This document shows, one piece after another, positions 37,565 through 52,700 of a stretch of 64,000 nt of DNA (position 1 is the first letter of the stretch; every line of letters starts with the position of its first letter). The notes under the pieces were generated by a model. It did no database searches, was not told the origin of the DNA, and saw only the letters and a program-made list of their open reading frames with translations. Both the position numbers and the translations under genes were made by a program. Source of the DNA: Anaeramoeba ignava BMAN (taxonomy: Eukaryota; Protista; Anaeramoebae); NCBI GenBank assembly GCA_028826165.1, contig JAPDFW010000070.1:930001-994000 (forward strand), written 5' to 3'.

Positions 37565-40500
37565 AAAATAAATAAAATAATTTTGAATTAATATTTATTA
37601 ATAAATAATAAAATATAAATTAATTTACAAAAAAAATATAAATTAAAAATATAAATTAAATAAAACAAAATTAAATTAAAATATTTTATTCCACTTTTTT
37701 TTTGGAAATAAAAAATAATAAAAATAAATTAATTTTGAATTAATATTAATTAATAAATATTTAATAAAATAATAAAATAAATTAAATTACAAAAAAATAT
37801 AAATTAAAAATATAAATAAAATAAAATAAAATTAAATTAAAATATTTTATTCCACTTTTTTTTGGAAATAAAATATAAATAAAATAAATTAATATTGAAT
37901 TAATATTAATTAATAAATATTTTATAAAATATTAAAATAAATTAATTTACAAAAATATAAATTAAAAATATAAATAAAATAAAATTAAATTAAAATATTT
38001 TATTCCACTTTTTGGAAATAAAAATAAATAAAATAAATTAATTTTGAATTAATATTAATTAATAAATATTTAATAAAATATTAAAATAAATTAATTTACA
38101 AAAATATAAATTAAAAATATAAATTAAATAAAATAAAATTAAATTAAAAATATTTTATTCCACTTTTTGGAAATAAAATAAACAAAAATAAATTAATTTT
38201 GAATTAATATTAATTAATAAATATTTAATAAAATAATAAAATAAATTAATTTACAAAAATATAAATTAAAATATAAATAAATTAAAAATAAAATTAAATT
38301 AAAATATTTTATTCCACTTTTTGGAAATAAAAATAAATAAAATAAATTAATTTGAATTAATATTAATTAATAAATATTTAATAAAATAATTAAAATAAAT
38401 TAATTTACAAAAATATAAATTAAAAATATTTAATAAATAAAATAAAATTAAATTAAAATATTTTATTCCACTTTTTGAAATAAAAATAAATTAAATAAAT
38501 TAATTTTGAATTAATATTAATTAATAAATATTTAATAAAATAATAAAATAAATTAATTTACAAAAATATAAATTAAAAATATAAATAAATTAAAATAAAA
38601 TTAAATTAAAATATTTTATTCCACTTTTGGAAATAAAAATAAATAAAATAAATTAATATTGAATTAATATTAATTAATAAATATTTAATAAAATATTAAA
38701 ATAAATTAATTTACAAAAATATAAATTAAAAATATTTAATAAATAAACAAATTAAATTAAAATATTTTATTCCACTTTTTGGAAATAAAATAAATAAATT
38801 AATATTGAATTAATATTAATTAATAAATTTAATAAAATAATAAAATAAATTACAAAAATATAAATTAAAAATATAAATTAAATAAAATTAAAATTAAATT
38901 AAAATATTTTATTCCACTTTTTGGAAATAAAATATAAATAAAATAAATTAAAATTGAATTAATTAATAAATATTTAATAAAATATTAAAATAAATTAATT
39001 TACAAAAATAAATTAAAAAAAAAATATTTTATTCCACTTTTTGGAAATAAAAAATAAATAAAATAAATTGATTTTGAATTAATATTAATTAATAAATATT
39101 TAATAAAATATTAAAATAAATTAATTTACAAAAATTAAATTAAAAATATAAATTAAATAAAAATTAAATTAAATTAAAATATTTTATTCCACTTTTTGAA
39201 ATAAAAATAAATAAAATGAATTAATTTGAATTAATATTAATTAATAAATATTTAATAAAATAATAAAATAAATTAATTTATAAAAATATTAATTAAAAAT
39301 ATAAATAAAATAAAATTAAATTAAATTAAAATATTTTATTCCACTTTTTGGAAATAAAATAAATAAAATAAATTAATTTTGAATTAATATTAATTAATAA
39401 ATATTTAATAAAATATTAAAATAAATTAATTTATAAAAATATTAATTAAAAATATAAATAAAATAAAACAAAATTAAATTAAAATATTTTATTCCACTTT
39501 TTGGAAATAAAAATAAAATAAATTAATTTTGAATTAATATTAATTAATAAATATTTAATAAAATAATAAAATAAATTAATTTATAAAAATTAAATTAAAA
39601 ACAAAAAAATATAAAATCGAACAATTAAATTAAAATATTTTATTCCACTTTTTGAAATAAAAATATAATAAAAATAAATTAAATTTGAATTAATATTAAT
39701 TAATAAATATTTAATAAAATATTAAAATAAATTAATTTACAAAAATATAATTAAAAATATAAATTAAATAAAATAAATTAAATTAAAATATTTTATTCCA
39801 CTTTTTGGAAATAAAATATAATAAAATAAATTAAATTTGAATTAATATTAATTAATAAATATTTAATAAAATAATAAAATAAATTAATTTACAAAAATAA
39901 AAACAAAAATAATGGATAGTGAGGGAATCAAACAAAATTAAATTAAAAATATTTTATTCCACTTTTTGGAAATAAAATATAAATAAAATAAATTAAATTT
40001 GAATTAATATTAATTAATAAATATTTAATAAAATAATAAAATAAATTAATTTACAAAAAATAAATTAAAATATAAATTAAATAAAATAAAATTAAATTAA
40101 AATATTTTATTCCACTTTTTGAAATAAAATAAAAATAAATTAAATTTGAATTAATATTAATTAATAAATATTTAATAAAATAATAAAATTAAATTAATTT
40201 ACAAAAATATAAATTAAAAACATAAATAAAATAAAATAAAATTAAATTAAAATATTTTATTCCACTTTTTGGAAATAAAATATAAATAAAAATAAATTAA
40301 TTTTGAATTAATATTAATTAATAAATATTTAATAAAATATTAAAATAAATTAATTTACAAAAATAATTTAAACATAAATAAAATAAAATAAAATTAAATT
40401 AAAATATTTTATTCCACTTTTTGGAAATAAAAATAAATAAAATAAATTAATTTTGAATTAATATTTATTAATAAATATTTAATAAAATAATTAAATAAAT

Positions 40501-41850
40501 TAATTTACAAAAATATAAATTAAAAATATAAATTAAATAAAACAAAATTAAATTAAAATATTTTATTCCACTTTTTGGAAATAAAATAAAAATAAATTAA
40601 TTTTGAATTAATATTTATTAATAAATATTTAATAAAATAATAAAATTAAATTAATTTACAAAAATAAATTAAAATATAAATTAAATAAAATAAAATTAAA
40701 TTAAAATATTTTATTCCACTTTTTGGAAATAAAATATAAATAAAAATAAATTAATTTTGAATTAATATTAATTAATAAATATTTAATAAAATATTAAAAT
40801 AAATTAATTTACAAAAATATAAATAAAAAAATGGATAGTAAGGGAATAAAACAAAATTAAATTAAAATATTTTATTCCACTTTTTGGAAATAAAATATAA
40901 ATAAAATAAATTAAATTTGAATTAATATTAATTAATAAATATTTAATAAAATATTAAAATAAATTAATTTACAAAAAATAAATTAAAATATTTAATAAAT
41001 AAACAAATTAAATTAAAATATTTTATTCCACTTTTTGGAAATAAAATAAATAAAATAAATTAATTTTGAATTAATATTAATTAATAAATATTTAATAAAA
41101 TATTAAAATAAATTAATTTACAAAAATTAAATTAAAATATAAATTAAATAAATAAAATTAAATTAAAATATTTTATTCCACTTTTTGGAAATAAAAATAA
41201 ATAAATAAATTAATTTTGAATTAATATTAATTAATAAAATATTTAATAAAATATTTAAATTAAAAAATAAAACAAAATTAAATTAAAATATTTTATTCCA
41301 CTTTTTGGAAATAAAATAAATAAAAATAATTTAATTTTGAATTAATATTAATTAATAAATATTTAATAAAATAATAAAATAAATTAATTTACAAAAATAT
41401 AAATTAAAATAAATTAAATAAAACATAAATTAAATTAAAATATTTTATTCCACTTTTTGGAAATAAAATATAAATAAAATAATTAATTTTGAATTAATAT
41501 TAATTAATAAATATTTAATAAAAATTTAAAATAAATTAAATAAAAACAAAATTAAATTAAAATATTTTATTCCACTTTTTGGAAATAAAAATAAATAAAA
41601 TTGAATTGAATTGAATTAATATTAATTAATAAATATTTAATAAATAATAAAATAAATTAATTTATAACAAAAATATAAATTAAAATATAAATAAAATAAA
41701 ATTAAAATTAAAATATTTTATTCCACTTTTTTTTGGAAATAAAATATAAATAAAATAAATTAATTTGAATTAATATTTATTAATAAATATTTAATAAAAT
41801 GATAAAATAAATTAATTTACAAAAAAAATATAAATTAAAAACAAAAAAAA
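37565..41850. repeat. ~150-bp unit satellite (about 28 units) with core TATTCCACTTTTTGGAAATA
   Basis: The core recurs at ~37689, 37849, 38002, 38157, 38311 ... 41721. Confidence 0.92.
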
Positions 41851-41854
41851 ATAA

Positions 41855-41926
41855 TGGATAGTGAGGGAATCGAACCCCCGGCCTCTCGTGTGCAAGACGA
41901 GCATTGTGCCACTCAACTAACTACCC
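41855..41926 (-). tRNA. tRNA-Ala(UGC)
   Basis: GGGTAGTTAGTTGAGTGGCACAATGCTCGTCTTGCACACGAGAGGCCGGGGGTTCGATTCCCTCACTATCCA: acceptor stem with the G3:U70 Ala determinant, anticodon arm CTCGT-CTTGCAC-ACGAG, TTCGA T-loop, discriminator A. Confidence 0.95.
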
Positions 41927-42947
41927 AAAATTAAATTTAAATTAATTTTTTTTTCTTATTTTTTTTTTTAAAAATCTATATTATTTATATTATTATTTTT
42001 TTCCAATTTTTTTTTTAATTAATTTATTTCAAAAATGGAATAAAGAATATTAAATAATTAAATTTAAAATTAATTATATTTTATATATTTTATTAATATT
42101 TCTTTATTTAAAATAATATAAAATTATTCCCAATAATTTAATAAAATTAATAAAATATTTTAATTAATTTATTTCAAAAATGGAATAAAGAATATTAAAT
42201 AATTAAATTTAAAATTAATTATATTTTATATATTTTATTAATATTTTTTTTATTTAAATTAATATAAAATTATTTAATTATTTAATCCAATTTTAATTAA
42301 AATAAAATATATTAAAAATTGAAATATTTTAATAAAGATAAATATTTAATTTTAATAATATTTAATAATAATTTAATTTAAATTTATTTTATTTTAATTT
42401 GATATAATATTTTTATTTATTATATTAATATTTTTAATTATTTATTATTCCAATTTTAATTATAATAAAATATATTAAAAATAAAATTAAAAAATTAAAA
42501 ATTTTAAATAAATTGAATTTAACATGATTGAATAAGATAAACTTTCTAAAAAATAATTTACTAATTATTCTATTTTTTGATTTTGATTATAATTTATTAA
42601 TATTTAAATATTAATTAATAATAAATTTTATTTGATTTTTTTTATTTTAATATTTTAATTAATGAATTTAAATTTAATTATTATTAATTTCTATTTTCAA
42701 TTTTTATTTTTATTTATTATATTAAAAATATTCAATTTTTAAAATTTATTATTTTTTTTGGATTATTTTTATTAATTAAATTTTTAATAAATATTTTAAA
42801 TTAAAATTAAATTATTTAAAATTAAATTTGTTTCTTATTTATTATTTTAAAGAAATTAATTTGATTAAAAGTAAATTAAAATTGAATTAAATTTTGAAAA
42901 AAAAAATTAAAAAAAAAAAGTTTGATTTTCTTATTATTAATTAATTT

Positions 42948-44536
42948 TTAAATGAAATAAGATTCAACTTCATCAACAACCCATGAAGAATAAGAACCAG
43001 CTAAATAACTTTTAGCTTCATTTGTATTATAAGTAATTCCATTAGGTGTATTGAAATCAGATCCAAAATTTAGATAACCAGGTTGGAAATTTGAATTTAA
43101 ATAAATATCATTATTTCCAAAACATGGACCTTTTTGAATTGTAAACTTTGCAGGTATTCTATCTCCTTTATCATTTCTTAATGAAAAAATAAATGCATTT
43201 GAGTCATTAATTTGTCCTGTATTTCCATTAAATCCAACTTGAGTAAAACCTCCAAAAATAAAATTTTGTTTTGTTTTGATAATAACTAATGTTTTTCCTT
43301 TCCCATCAACTGCTTTATGCCAATTTTGAGAATTAAATCCATCTCTTTTTGCTGAAAATCCTTTTTTCATTTTAGAAAAAAAATCATTATCATTTATCCA
43401 TTCTTGTAATTTCTTAACATATTCAATATCTTTAACAATTTCTGAATCTGAAAAAATCTTTTGTAATTCCATTTCTTGTTTCATTTTCTCATTCTCTGTT
43501 TTCAAATCTTGATTCTCTTTCTTCCATTTATCTTCAATTTCTTTGTTTTTATCTTCAATTTCTTTCTTCCATTTCTCTTCAATTTCAATTTTCATTTGTT
43601 GATTTTCTTTCAATTTCTTTTCAACTTCTTTCTTCCATTTCTCTTCAATTTCCTTCTCTTTTTCTTCAATCTCTTTTTGATTATCTTGAATAACTTTGTT
43701 TTGAATATCAACTAAAAAAGATTTAGGAAAAAAATCAAATTGTTTTAATTTATCAAAATCTTGTTTTGAAATTGAATCTTTATCAAATAATGAAAAAAAA
43801 GAATGAAATAATCTTTTCTTTTCAATTCCCTTTTCTTTTTCTTTCTTTTCTTTCTTTCCTTTTAATCTTTGATTTCTTTTTTCAATCCAATTATTTAAAA
43901 ATTGAAAAAAATCAAATTGAAAAATTTCTTTTTTTCTTGTTTAAATTGAATAAATTTGATAATTTCTTCTTTAGTTAAATTGAATAAATTCTCATTATTT
44001 TGAATTTGGGAAAAATTTTGATTTATTAATTCAAAACATTTTATTTCAATTTCATTTGAATTTAAATTTCGATTTTGGAATAAAAATTGGAAAAAATTTG
44101 AATAATTAATTGAATTTGAAATTTTTTTTTGAATAATTTCTTTCAATAAATTTAATTTAAAATAAATTGAAATTTCTAATAATTGAATAAGATTTTCTTG
44201 ATTCTCAAAAGAAATATTTCCATAATAAATATAACTCAAAATTGATTCCATTTCTTTTTTATTAAATTGATTTAAAGAAATAGAAAGAGATTCTTGCCTT
44301 AATGATTCATTAAAAAAAGGAGATCTTGAAGATAAAATTGATTTATGAACTTTAATTTCAAAAGGATTTGATTTATTCTCAACAAAAATTGAAAAATCTT
44401 TAAATGAATTTCCATTTAAAAGGTTTGAATAATCTTTAATTAAATTTTTTGTTACTTTTTTTTCTAAATTTTTCATTTCATTTTCATTTTCATTTTGATT
44501 TGCATTTTCAATTTGGTTATTATTATTATTATCCAT
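42948..44536 (-). CDS. BTB-coiled coil-TLDc protein (frameshifts near 43920-43620)
   Basis: BTB FKDFSIFV..KVHKSILSSRSPFF and TLDc GFSAKRDGF..WHKAVDGKGKTLVIIKT..FIFGGFTQ..VDEVESYFI. Confidence 0.85.
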
Positions 44537-44929
44537 TTTGTTTTTGTGTTTTTTGTTTTTGTTTTTGTTTTTGTTTTTTTTAAAAAGGAAAAATGAAAAA
44601 AATTTAAAAATGAATAAAAAGTGGATTTTGAAAATAAATAAAAATATAAAAAATAAGAATAAATTTAAATTAATAATTAATTTAATTTTCTTTTTAATTT
44701 ATTATTTTAAATTAATTTATTAATAAATTATTATTATTTTTTATTAATTTTTTATTAAAAAAAAGGAAAATTATTTTAATTTAATTTTTAATTTAATTTT
44801 TTTTTGGAATTTAAAAATTATTAATAAATTTAAATTTTAAAAACAAATTTCCAAATTAATATTAATTCAATTTAATTCAAAAAAAGATAAAATTTTAATT
44901 TCAAAAATCAATTTTCAAAATATTTTTAA

Positions 44930-45195
44930 ATAATAAAATATTTAAATCTAAAACATTAAATTATTATTTTAAACATAAAATTAAATATTAAATTATATTT
45001 TTAAATTAATTTATAAATTAAATATTAAATTAAATCTATTCTTATTTTTTATATTTATATGTTAAATATTTAAATAATAAAATATTTAAATCTAAAACAT
45101 TAAATTATTATTTTAATAATAAAATTAAATATTAAATTATATTTTTAAATTAATTTATAAATTAAATATTAAATTAAATCTATTCTTATTTTTTA
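44930..45195. repeat. 144-bp tandem unit (~2 copies); reverse complement of the repeat at 59530-59845
   Basis: TAAATCTAAAACATTAAATT and TTAAATCTATTCTTATTTTT each recur 144 bp apart. Confidence 0.85.
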
Positions 45196-46963
45196 TTAAT
45201 TTTGATTATTAAATTTGTTAATTAATAAATCAAATAAATTTGGATTTGTTTGATTTAATTGAAAATAATCAATTCCAATTTGAATTTCATCAATTATTTC
45301 TTGTGTAATTTGAATTTCATCTTTAATTTGATTTGAATAAATCCAATATTCAAATATTTGAAATGATTTATTACTTAATTCACTATAATCTGTAACTTTA
45401 TTAGATTTATCTTCTGTTACAGATAAAAACATTCCTCGATATAATTCACTTCTCATTATTAATATTAATTTAGGAAATTTATATTGTTTTTCTTTTCTTT
45501 CAATTATAAAATCTTTTTCATTTTCATTTTCATTTAAATAAATTCTTTTCATTGTTTCTTCAATTTTTTCATTTGAATTTATAATTTCTTTAATTTCAGA
45601 ATATAATTTTGGATTTATTATTCTGTTTGAATAAATCATTTCAAATATTTGATTTGATTCTTTAATTGATTTATTTGAAATAATTTCTTGAAGTTTTTCA
45701 ATTTGATTTTGATTTTGATTTAATCTATATTTCAATATTAATTTATGAGCTTCAATTATTTCTCCATTTTTGGTTTTAAATGAAATATCACAAAATTCTT
45801 TTCTTTCAAATAATTTTATCAAATCTTCTTCAAGATTGGAAAAAGAAGGAGAAGAATAATAAAGAAATGATTTATACAATCCACAAGAAATATGATAATT
45901 GGAAATATTTTCATTAAATCTTAATTTAGGAAGTTCGATTTGAATTGGAATTAATTGATTATTTGTATTTCCATTTCCTAATTGACCATAATCATTATTT
46001 CCAAATCCAATTAATTTTGAATTGGAAGTTAAAATCAAAGTATGAGAATTTCAACAGAAAAATCAAGAATATTATCATCATTTTCAAATAAAGATGATTT
46101 GATTTCAGTAAATTCATAAGTATCTTCATTTTTGCCAAGTCCATTATATTTATAATATCCACATGAATAAAGTTTTCTTTTTGGATTTTCATTTTGATTT
46201 TCAATCAACATTATTGAATGAAATATCCACATTGAATATCAATTATTTTACCTTTTGGAATATTTTGGATTTTGGTTAATTTTTGGATTTTTATTTCTTT
46301 TCTTGATTCTCCTAATCCAAGTTGACCATAATTATTCCATCCGCATCCAAATAATTCTTGATTTGAATTTAAAAGAAAAACATGATTTGAAGAATTTCCT
46401 GAAAATATTTTAGAAACATTTTTCATCATTAAAATTGGTTTTTCTGTTTTTCAAGTGTTTCAGAATCAAAACCAAGTTGACCATATTCATTTGAACCAAT
46501 TCCATAAGCATTTTGATTTGAAGTTAATAAGTAAATTGAATACCAGAAACAATATCTTGAATTATTCTATCATTTTATCTTCAATTAATGATGAAATATT
46601 GATAAATTCTTTGGATTATTTGGATTAATATCTTCTCCTTTGGCAAATACATTTCCTTCTATTGTTAAAATAGCTTCATTATGATAACCAACAGTTACTT
46701 TTTGAATATTTTCTTCAATTTGGATTTTTTCAGGATTTTGTTTTGAATCATTTTCTTTTAAATATTCTATTGCTTTTCCATTTTTAAAAAGGAAAATTGT
46801 TCCAAAATAACCTGATGAAATTTGTTTAATTTGATTTTCATTTTCATTTTCATTTTCATTTTCATTTTCAAATTTAAATTGAATTTGTTTTTTTATTTCT
46901 TTTTGGTTTTTTTTTGAAAAGTTTTGGGTATTGATTTCAACCAAAAAATAAACAATCATTCAT
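45196..46963 (-). CDS. RCC1-repeat + BTB/POZ protein with several frameshifts (possibly pseudogene)
   Basis: RCC1 repeats (GCGWNNYGQLGLG, IIDIQCG, FGNNDYGQLGNG) followed by BTB. Paralog of 1-968. Confidence 0.8.
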
Positions 46964-46994
46964 TTTTGAAAAGAAAAAAAATGAAAAAAATGAA

Positions 46995-49555
46995 TAAATT
47001 TAATTTTATGTTGATTTTAATTATTAAATTTAATTAAATTAAGTTTAAATAAATAAATTTATTTTAAAAATAATTTTATATTTATTTTAATTATTAAATT
47101 TAATTAAATTAAGTTTAAATAAATAAATTTGTTTTAGAAAATAATATTATATTTATTTTATTTATTAAATTTAATTAAATTAATGTTAAATAAATAAATT
47201 ATTTTTTAGAAAATAATTTTATATTGATTTTATTTATTAAATTTAATTAAATTAAGTTTAAATAAATAAATTTATTTTAGGAAATAATTTTATATTTTAA
47301 TTATTTAAATTTAATTAAATTAAGTTTAAATATATAAATTTATTTTAAGAAATAATTTTATGTTGATTTTAATTATTAAATTTAATTAAATTAAGTTTAA
47401 ATAAATAAATTTGTTTTTAAAAATAATTTTATATTTATTTTAATTATTAAATTTAATTAAATTAAGTTTAAATAAATAAATTTGTTTTTAAAAAATAATA
47501 TTATATTGATTTTAATTATTAAATTTAGTTAAATTAAGGTTAAATATATAAATTTATTTTAGAAAATAATTTTATATTGATTTTAATTATTAAATTTAAT
47601 TAAATTAAGTTTTAAATAAATAAATTTATTTTAAAAAGGAATTCTGTTGATTTTATTTATTAAATTTAATTAAATTAAGTTTTAAATAAATAAATTTATT
47701 TTGCTTTATTTTAGGAAATAATTTTATATTGATTTTATTTATTAAATTTAATTAAATTAAGTTTAAATAAATAAATTTGTTTTAGGAAATAATTTTATAT
47801 TTTAATTATTAAATTTAATTAAATTAAGTTTAAATATATAAATTTGTTTTAAAAAGGAATTATAATTATTTTAATTATTAAATTTAGTTAAATTAAGTTT
47901 AAATATATAAATTTGTTTTAAGAAATAATTTTATGTTGATTTTAATTATTAAATTTAATTAAATTAAGTTTAAATAAAAATAAATTTATTTTAAAAAAAA
48001 TAATATTATATTTATTTTTAATTATTAAATTTAATTAAATTAAGTTTAAAATAAATAAATTTATTTTGGGAATAATATTATAATTATTTTAATTATTAAA
48101 ATTTAATTAAATTAAGGTTAAATAAATAAATTTGTTTTAAAAATAATTTTATGTTGATTTTAATTATTAAATTTAATTAAATTAAGTTTAAATAAATAAA
48201 TTTGTTTTAAAAAAAGGAATTCTGTTGATTTTAATTATTAAATTTAATTAAATTAAGTTTAAATAAATAAATTTATTTTAGGAAATAATTTTATATTGAT
48301 TTTATTTATTAAATTTAATTAAATTAATGTTTAAATAAATAAATTTGTTTTAAGAAATAATTTTATATTGATTTTAATTATTAAATTTAATTAAATTAAT
48401 GTTAAATAAATAAATTTGTTTTAAAAATAATATTATGTTGATTTTAATTATTAAATTTAATTAAATTAAGTTTAAATATATAAATTTATTTTAGGAAATA
48501 ATTTTATGTTTATTTTAATTATTAAATTTAATTATTAAATTTAATTAAATTAAGTTTAAATAAATAAATTTATTTTAGGAAATAATATTATATTGATTTT
48601 AATTATTAAATTTAATTAAATTAATGTTAAATAAATAAATTTATTTTAGGAAATAATATTATATTTTATTTTAATTATTAAATTTAATTAAATTAAGGTT
48701 AAATAAATAAATTTGTTTTTAGGAAATAATTTTTTTATGTTTATTTTAATTATTAAATTTGATTAAATTAAGTTTTAAATAAATAAATTTATTTTAGGAA
48801 ATAATATTATATTGATTTTAATTATTAAATTTAATTAAATTAAGTTTAAATAAATAAATTTATTTTAGGAAATAATATTATATTTATTTTAATTATTAAA
48901 TTTAATTAAATTAAGTTTAAATAAATAAATTTATTTTAAAAAATAATTTTATATTGATTTTAATTATTAAATTTAATTAAATTAAGTTTAAATATATAAA
49001 TTTATTTTGGGAATAATATTTATATTGATTTTTTAATTATTAAATTTAATTAAATTAAAGTTAAATAAATAAATTTATTTTAGGAAATAATATTATATTT
49101 ATTTTAATTATTAAATTTAATTAAATTAAGTTTAAATAAATAAATTTATTTTAGGAAATAATATTATATTGATTTTATTTATTAAATTTAATAATTAAAT
49201 TAAGTTTAAATAAATAAATTTGTTTTAAAAATAATTTTATATTTATTTTAATTATTAAATTTAATTAAATTAATGTTAAATAAATAAATTTATTTTAGGA
49301 AATAATATTATAATTATTTTAATTATTAAATTTAATTAAATTAAGGTTAAATAAATAAATTTATTTTTAAAAATAATTTTATAATTATTTTAATTATTAA
49401 ATTTAATTAAATTAATGTTAAATAAATAAATTTGTTTTAAAAATAATATTATATTTATTTTAATTATTAAAATTTAATTAAATTAAGTTTAAATAAATAA
49501 ATTTATTTTAAAAATTCTGTTGATTTTATTTATTAAATTTAATTAAATTAAGTTT
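46995..49555. repeat. ~71-bp unit minisatellite (about 35 units)
   Basis: TTATTAAATTTAATTAAATTAAGTTTAAATAAATAAATTT recurs at 47021, 47091, 47162, 47234 ... Confidence 0.92.
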
Positions 49556-49783
49556 AGGAAAGAAATTAAGAAAATTTAAATTTTTGTTTTTGTGGGCAAA
49601 GAAAAATTAATAAAAATTTTTTCAAATTTTTTCATTTTTCATTTTTCATTTTTATATTCGTTAAAAATAATTTTATTTTATTTTTATTCAAATCCTTTTT
49701 TCTTTTTGTTATTCTCTTTTAATTTCTTTTGTTTTAAAAATAAAATTCAAATTAACGAACCAAAAATTTAAAAAGATCAAAAA

Positions 49784-52700
49784 ATGCAAAACCCAAAAAT
49801 GGATTTAACAGAAAAACGAGAAGAAAATGAGGAAAATCAATCAAAAAAAGAACAATCACGATCCAAAAATGAAAATATTATTAATTTAAATGAAATCCAA
49901 AAAGATTATCAAAATCATTTAGAAAATGAAAATCAAAATCAAAATCAAAATCAAAATCAAAATGAAAATCAAATTCAAAATCAAAATCAAAATGAAAATC
50001 AAAATCAAAATCAAAATCAAAATCAAAATCAAAATCAAAATCAAAATCAAAATCAAAATCAAAATCAAAATCAAAATCAAAATCAAAATCAAAAATCAAA
50101 AATAAAAATCAAAATCAAAATCAAAATCAAAATCAAAATCAAAATCAAAATCAAAATCAAAATCAAAATCAAAATCAAAATCAAAATCAAAATCAAAATC
50201 AAAATCAAAATCAAAATCAAAATCAAAATCAAAATCAAAATCAAAATCAAAATCAAAATCAAAATCAAAATCAAAATCAAAATCAAAATCAAAATCAAAA
50301 TCAAAATCAAAATCAAAATCAAAATCAAAATCAAAATCAAAATCAAAATCAAAATTAATCAAAAAATCAAAATCAAAATCAAAATTCAAAATCAAAATCA
50401 AAATCAAAAATCAAAATCAAAAATCAAAATCTAAATCAAATTTAAAATCAAAATCAAAATCAAAAATCAAAATCAAAATCAAAATCAAAATCAAAATAAA
50501 AATCAAAATCAAAATGAAAATCAAAATCAAAATCAAAATCAAATTCAAATTCAAAATCAAAATCAAAATCAAAATCAAAATCAAAATCAAAATGAAATTC
50601 TAAATCAAAACCAAAATCAAAATCAAAATCAAAATCAAAATCAAAATCAAAATCAAAATCAAAATCAAAATCAAAATCAAAATCAAAACCAAAATCAAAA
50701 TCAAAATCAATATCAATATCAAATTAAAAATCAAAATCAAAATCAAAATATAAATCAAAATATAAATCAAAATATAAATCAAGATCATTTAGAAAATCAT
50801 TTAGAAAATAATAAAGATCAAGTTAATGAAATTCTTCATCCTTCAAATCCAATAAATTTTGAAGAATCAGAAACACAAAATAAACAATTTTTTCCAAAAT
50901 CGGATCGACCGTTATTATTTACCTATTTTGAAAAAGGAGAAAATTTACCTCCTTTTCTTGTTCAATATCCCGAACTCAAACAAGCGTTAATTAGCATTGA
51001 ATATGAAACAAAAGAAGTTGAAAATTTAAAATCGGGATTTATTTCTGCAATTAATTTGGAAACAAATAATATGTTTATGGATCACGATTTTTTCTGCAAT
51101 TTTTACCCGCAATTTAATCAAGCAGATTTACTTTTCCAGGAAATTCTCCAACTTCGACATAATTGTTCTGCAGAAAAAATTTCAGAATTTTTAGATATTG
51201 CGAATAATCTAATTTCAAATATAAAGCAATTTGGTTGGCAAATACAGCAATTTCTGATCAAAACAAAGCACGGAATTCTTCAAGAATCTGACTCCAAGAA
51301 GTCTTTGATCAAGATTATATGCTGCAATCTTTCGTTCTGGGACGAAGTTGAGCAGCGAGTTATTGATCGAATCAATTCGGGAAAGGAATTCTTTCCAATG
51401 GACACAACTCAGTTCTCAACGTTTGTGACGGAAATGAAGCAAGTCGTCACAATGGGAGTTGATCATATTATGGATCGTTTTGACTTCCCCAAAATTATCA
51501 AGTCTCTTATTGAAATACAGATTATCCAAGAATCGCCTGTTATTCTCATCAACGATCCAAATGGATCTTTTTTTGTTAATATCCACATGCTTTCTAATCG
51601 AAATAATCTTCTTGATTTTTACAAATTCTTGCAACTCGAGACTTTGGAGCAATTTGCGGAAATTCCCAAGCATAAAAACCTTCTTTTTGGAGCAAGCGAT
51701 TCTTTTTTCACTCGCAATCAAGATTTCTCAAAGGAAAAAACCTCATCTTCTGATGTTTTTATTGATACAAAGTTTATGAAGGAAGCCTGGAATTTGGATT
51801 TCGATATTTTGGATCTTGATCCCGAATATCAAAACTTTCCTCGTAAATCTCATATTACTGAATTTCCTGATTTTTTGAAGAATATTATCCGACAAATTTT
51901 TTTCAAGAAGATTTGTATTCATAAAAAGTTTAAATTGGCATCTCTTTTAAAACTTAATTCAAATGAGAACGAGAATCAAGAAATGGAAATTGAAAATGAA
52001 AATGAAAATGGAAACCAAAACCAAATTTTCAAAAAATTAAGCAATTATCATGTTGACACATTATATTCAATTGCGCAAATCAACAACCTTCTTGAATTTT
52101 CAAGTAAATATCAAGAAGAATGCGGAGTATTTTCCTGCGGAAGCACACGAGAAATACATTTCGGAAAGCATCCATGGTATTGCGGGGACATTTCGAGACG
52201 AAGTCTTCTAGCAGAGACACAAGACTTACAAATAATTCCCGGATATTGCGCAATAACTAATATTTATGCGGAATACACCGCAGATCCACTTGTTCTATCG
52301 CATTCAACATATCCCGATAACGATATTGTGGAGCCCATGATCCAACACCAAAATCCGCAAGAATTCGCTGATTTCGAACAGGGAGATTTCAACGAAACAG
52401 CAATGACAAATAGTTTGGATCAAGAGGATATCAATGTTCAAACATTAACAAGTAGTTTAGAAAACAAAGAATACAACACACAATCATATGTTGACCCGAA
52501 AAGCGGGACATCCCACTATCGACTGCCACAGCCCACGGGGATAACGGCCATTACTCGCTCTCCCAAATTCAGTCCAATCACTGCGGAAACAATAGCAAAT
52601 GATCTAACGGTTCTTATTCAAAGAATCGCAAAACCTGCGATCACAATTATTGCGAATTCGGGAGACTTCAATCTCGATCCCAGCAGCAATCTCGCTCTCC

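Noticed and set aside
37565-49555. Satellites as CRISPR arrays
   Set aside because: The context is eukaryotic, the intervening segments are homologous rather than unique spacers, and there are no cas genes.
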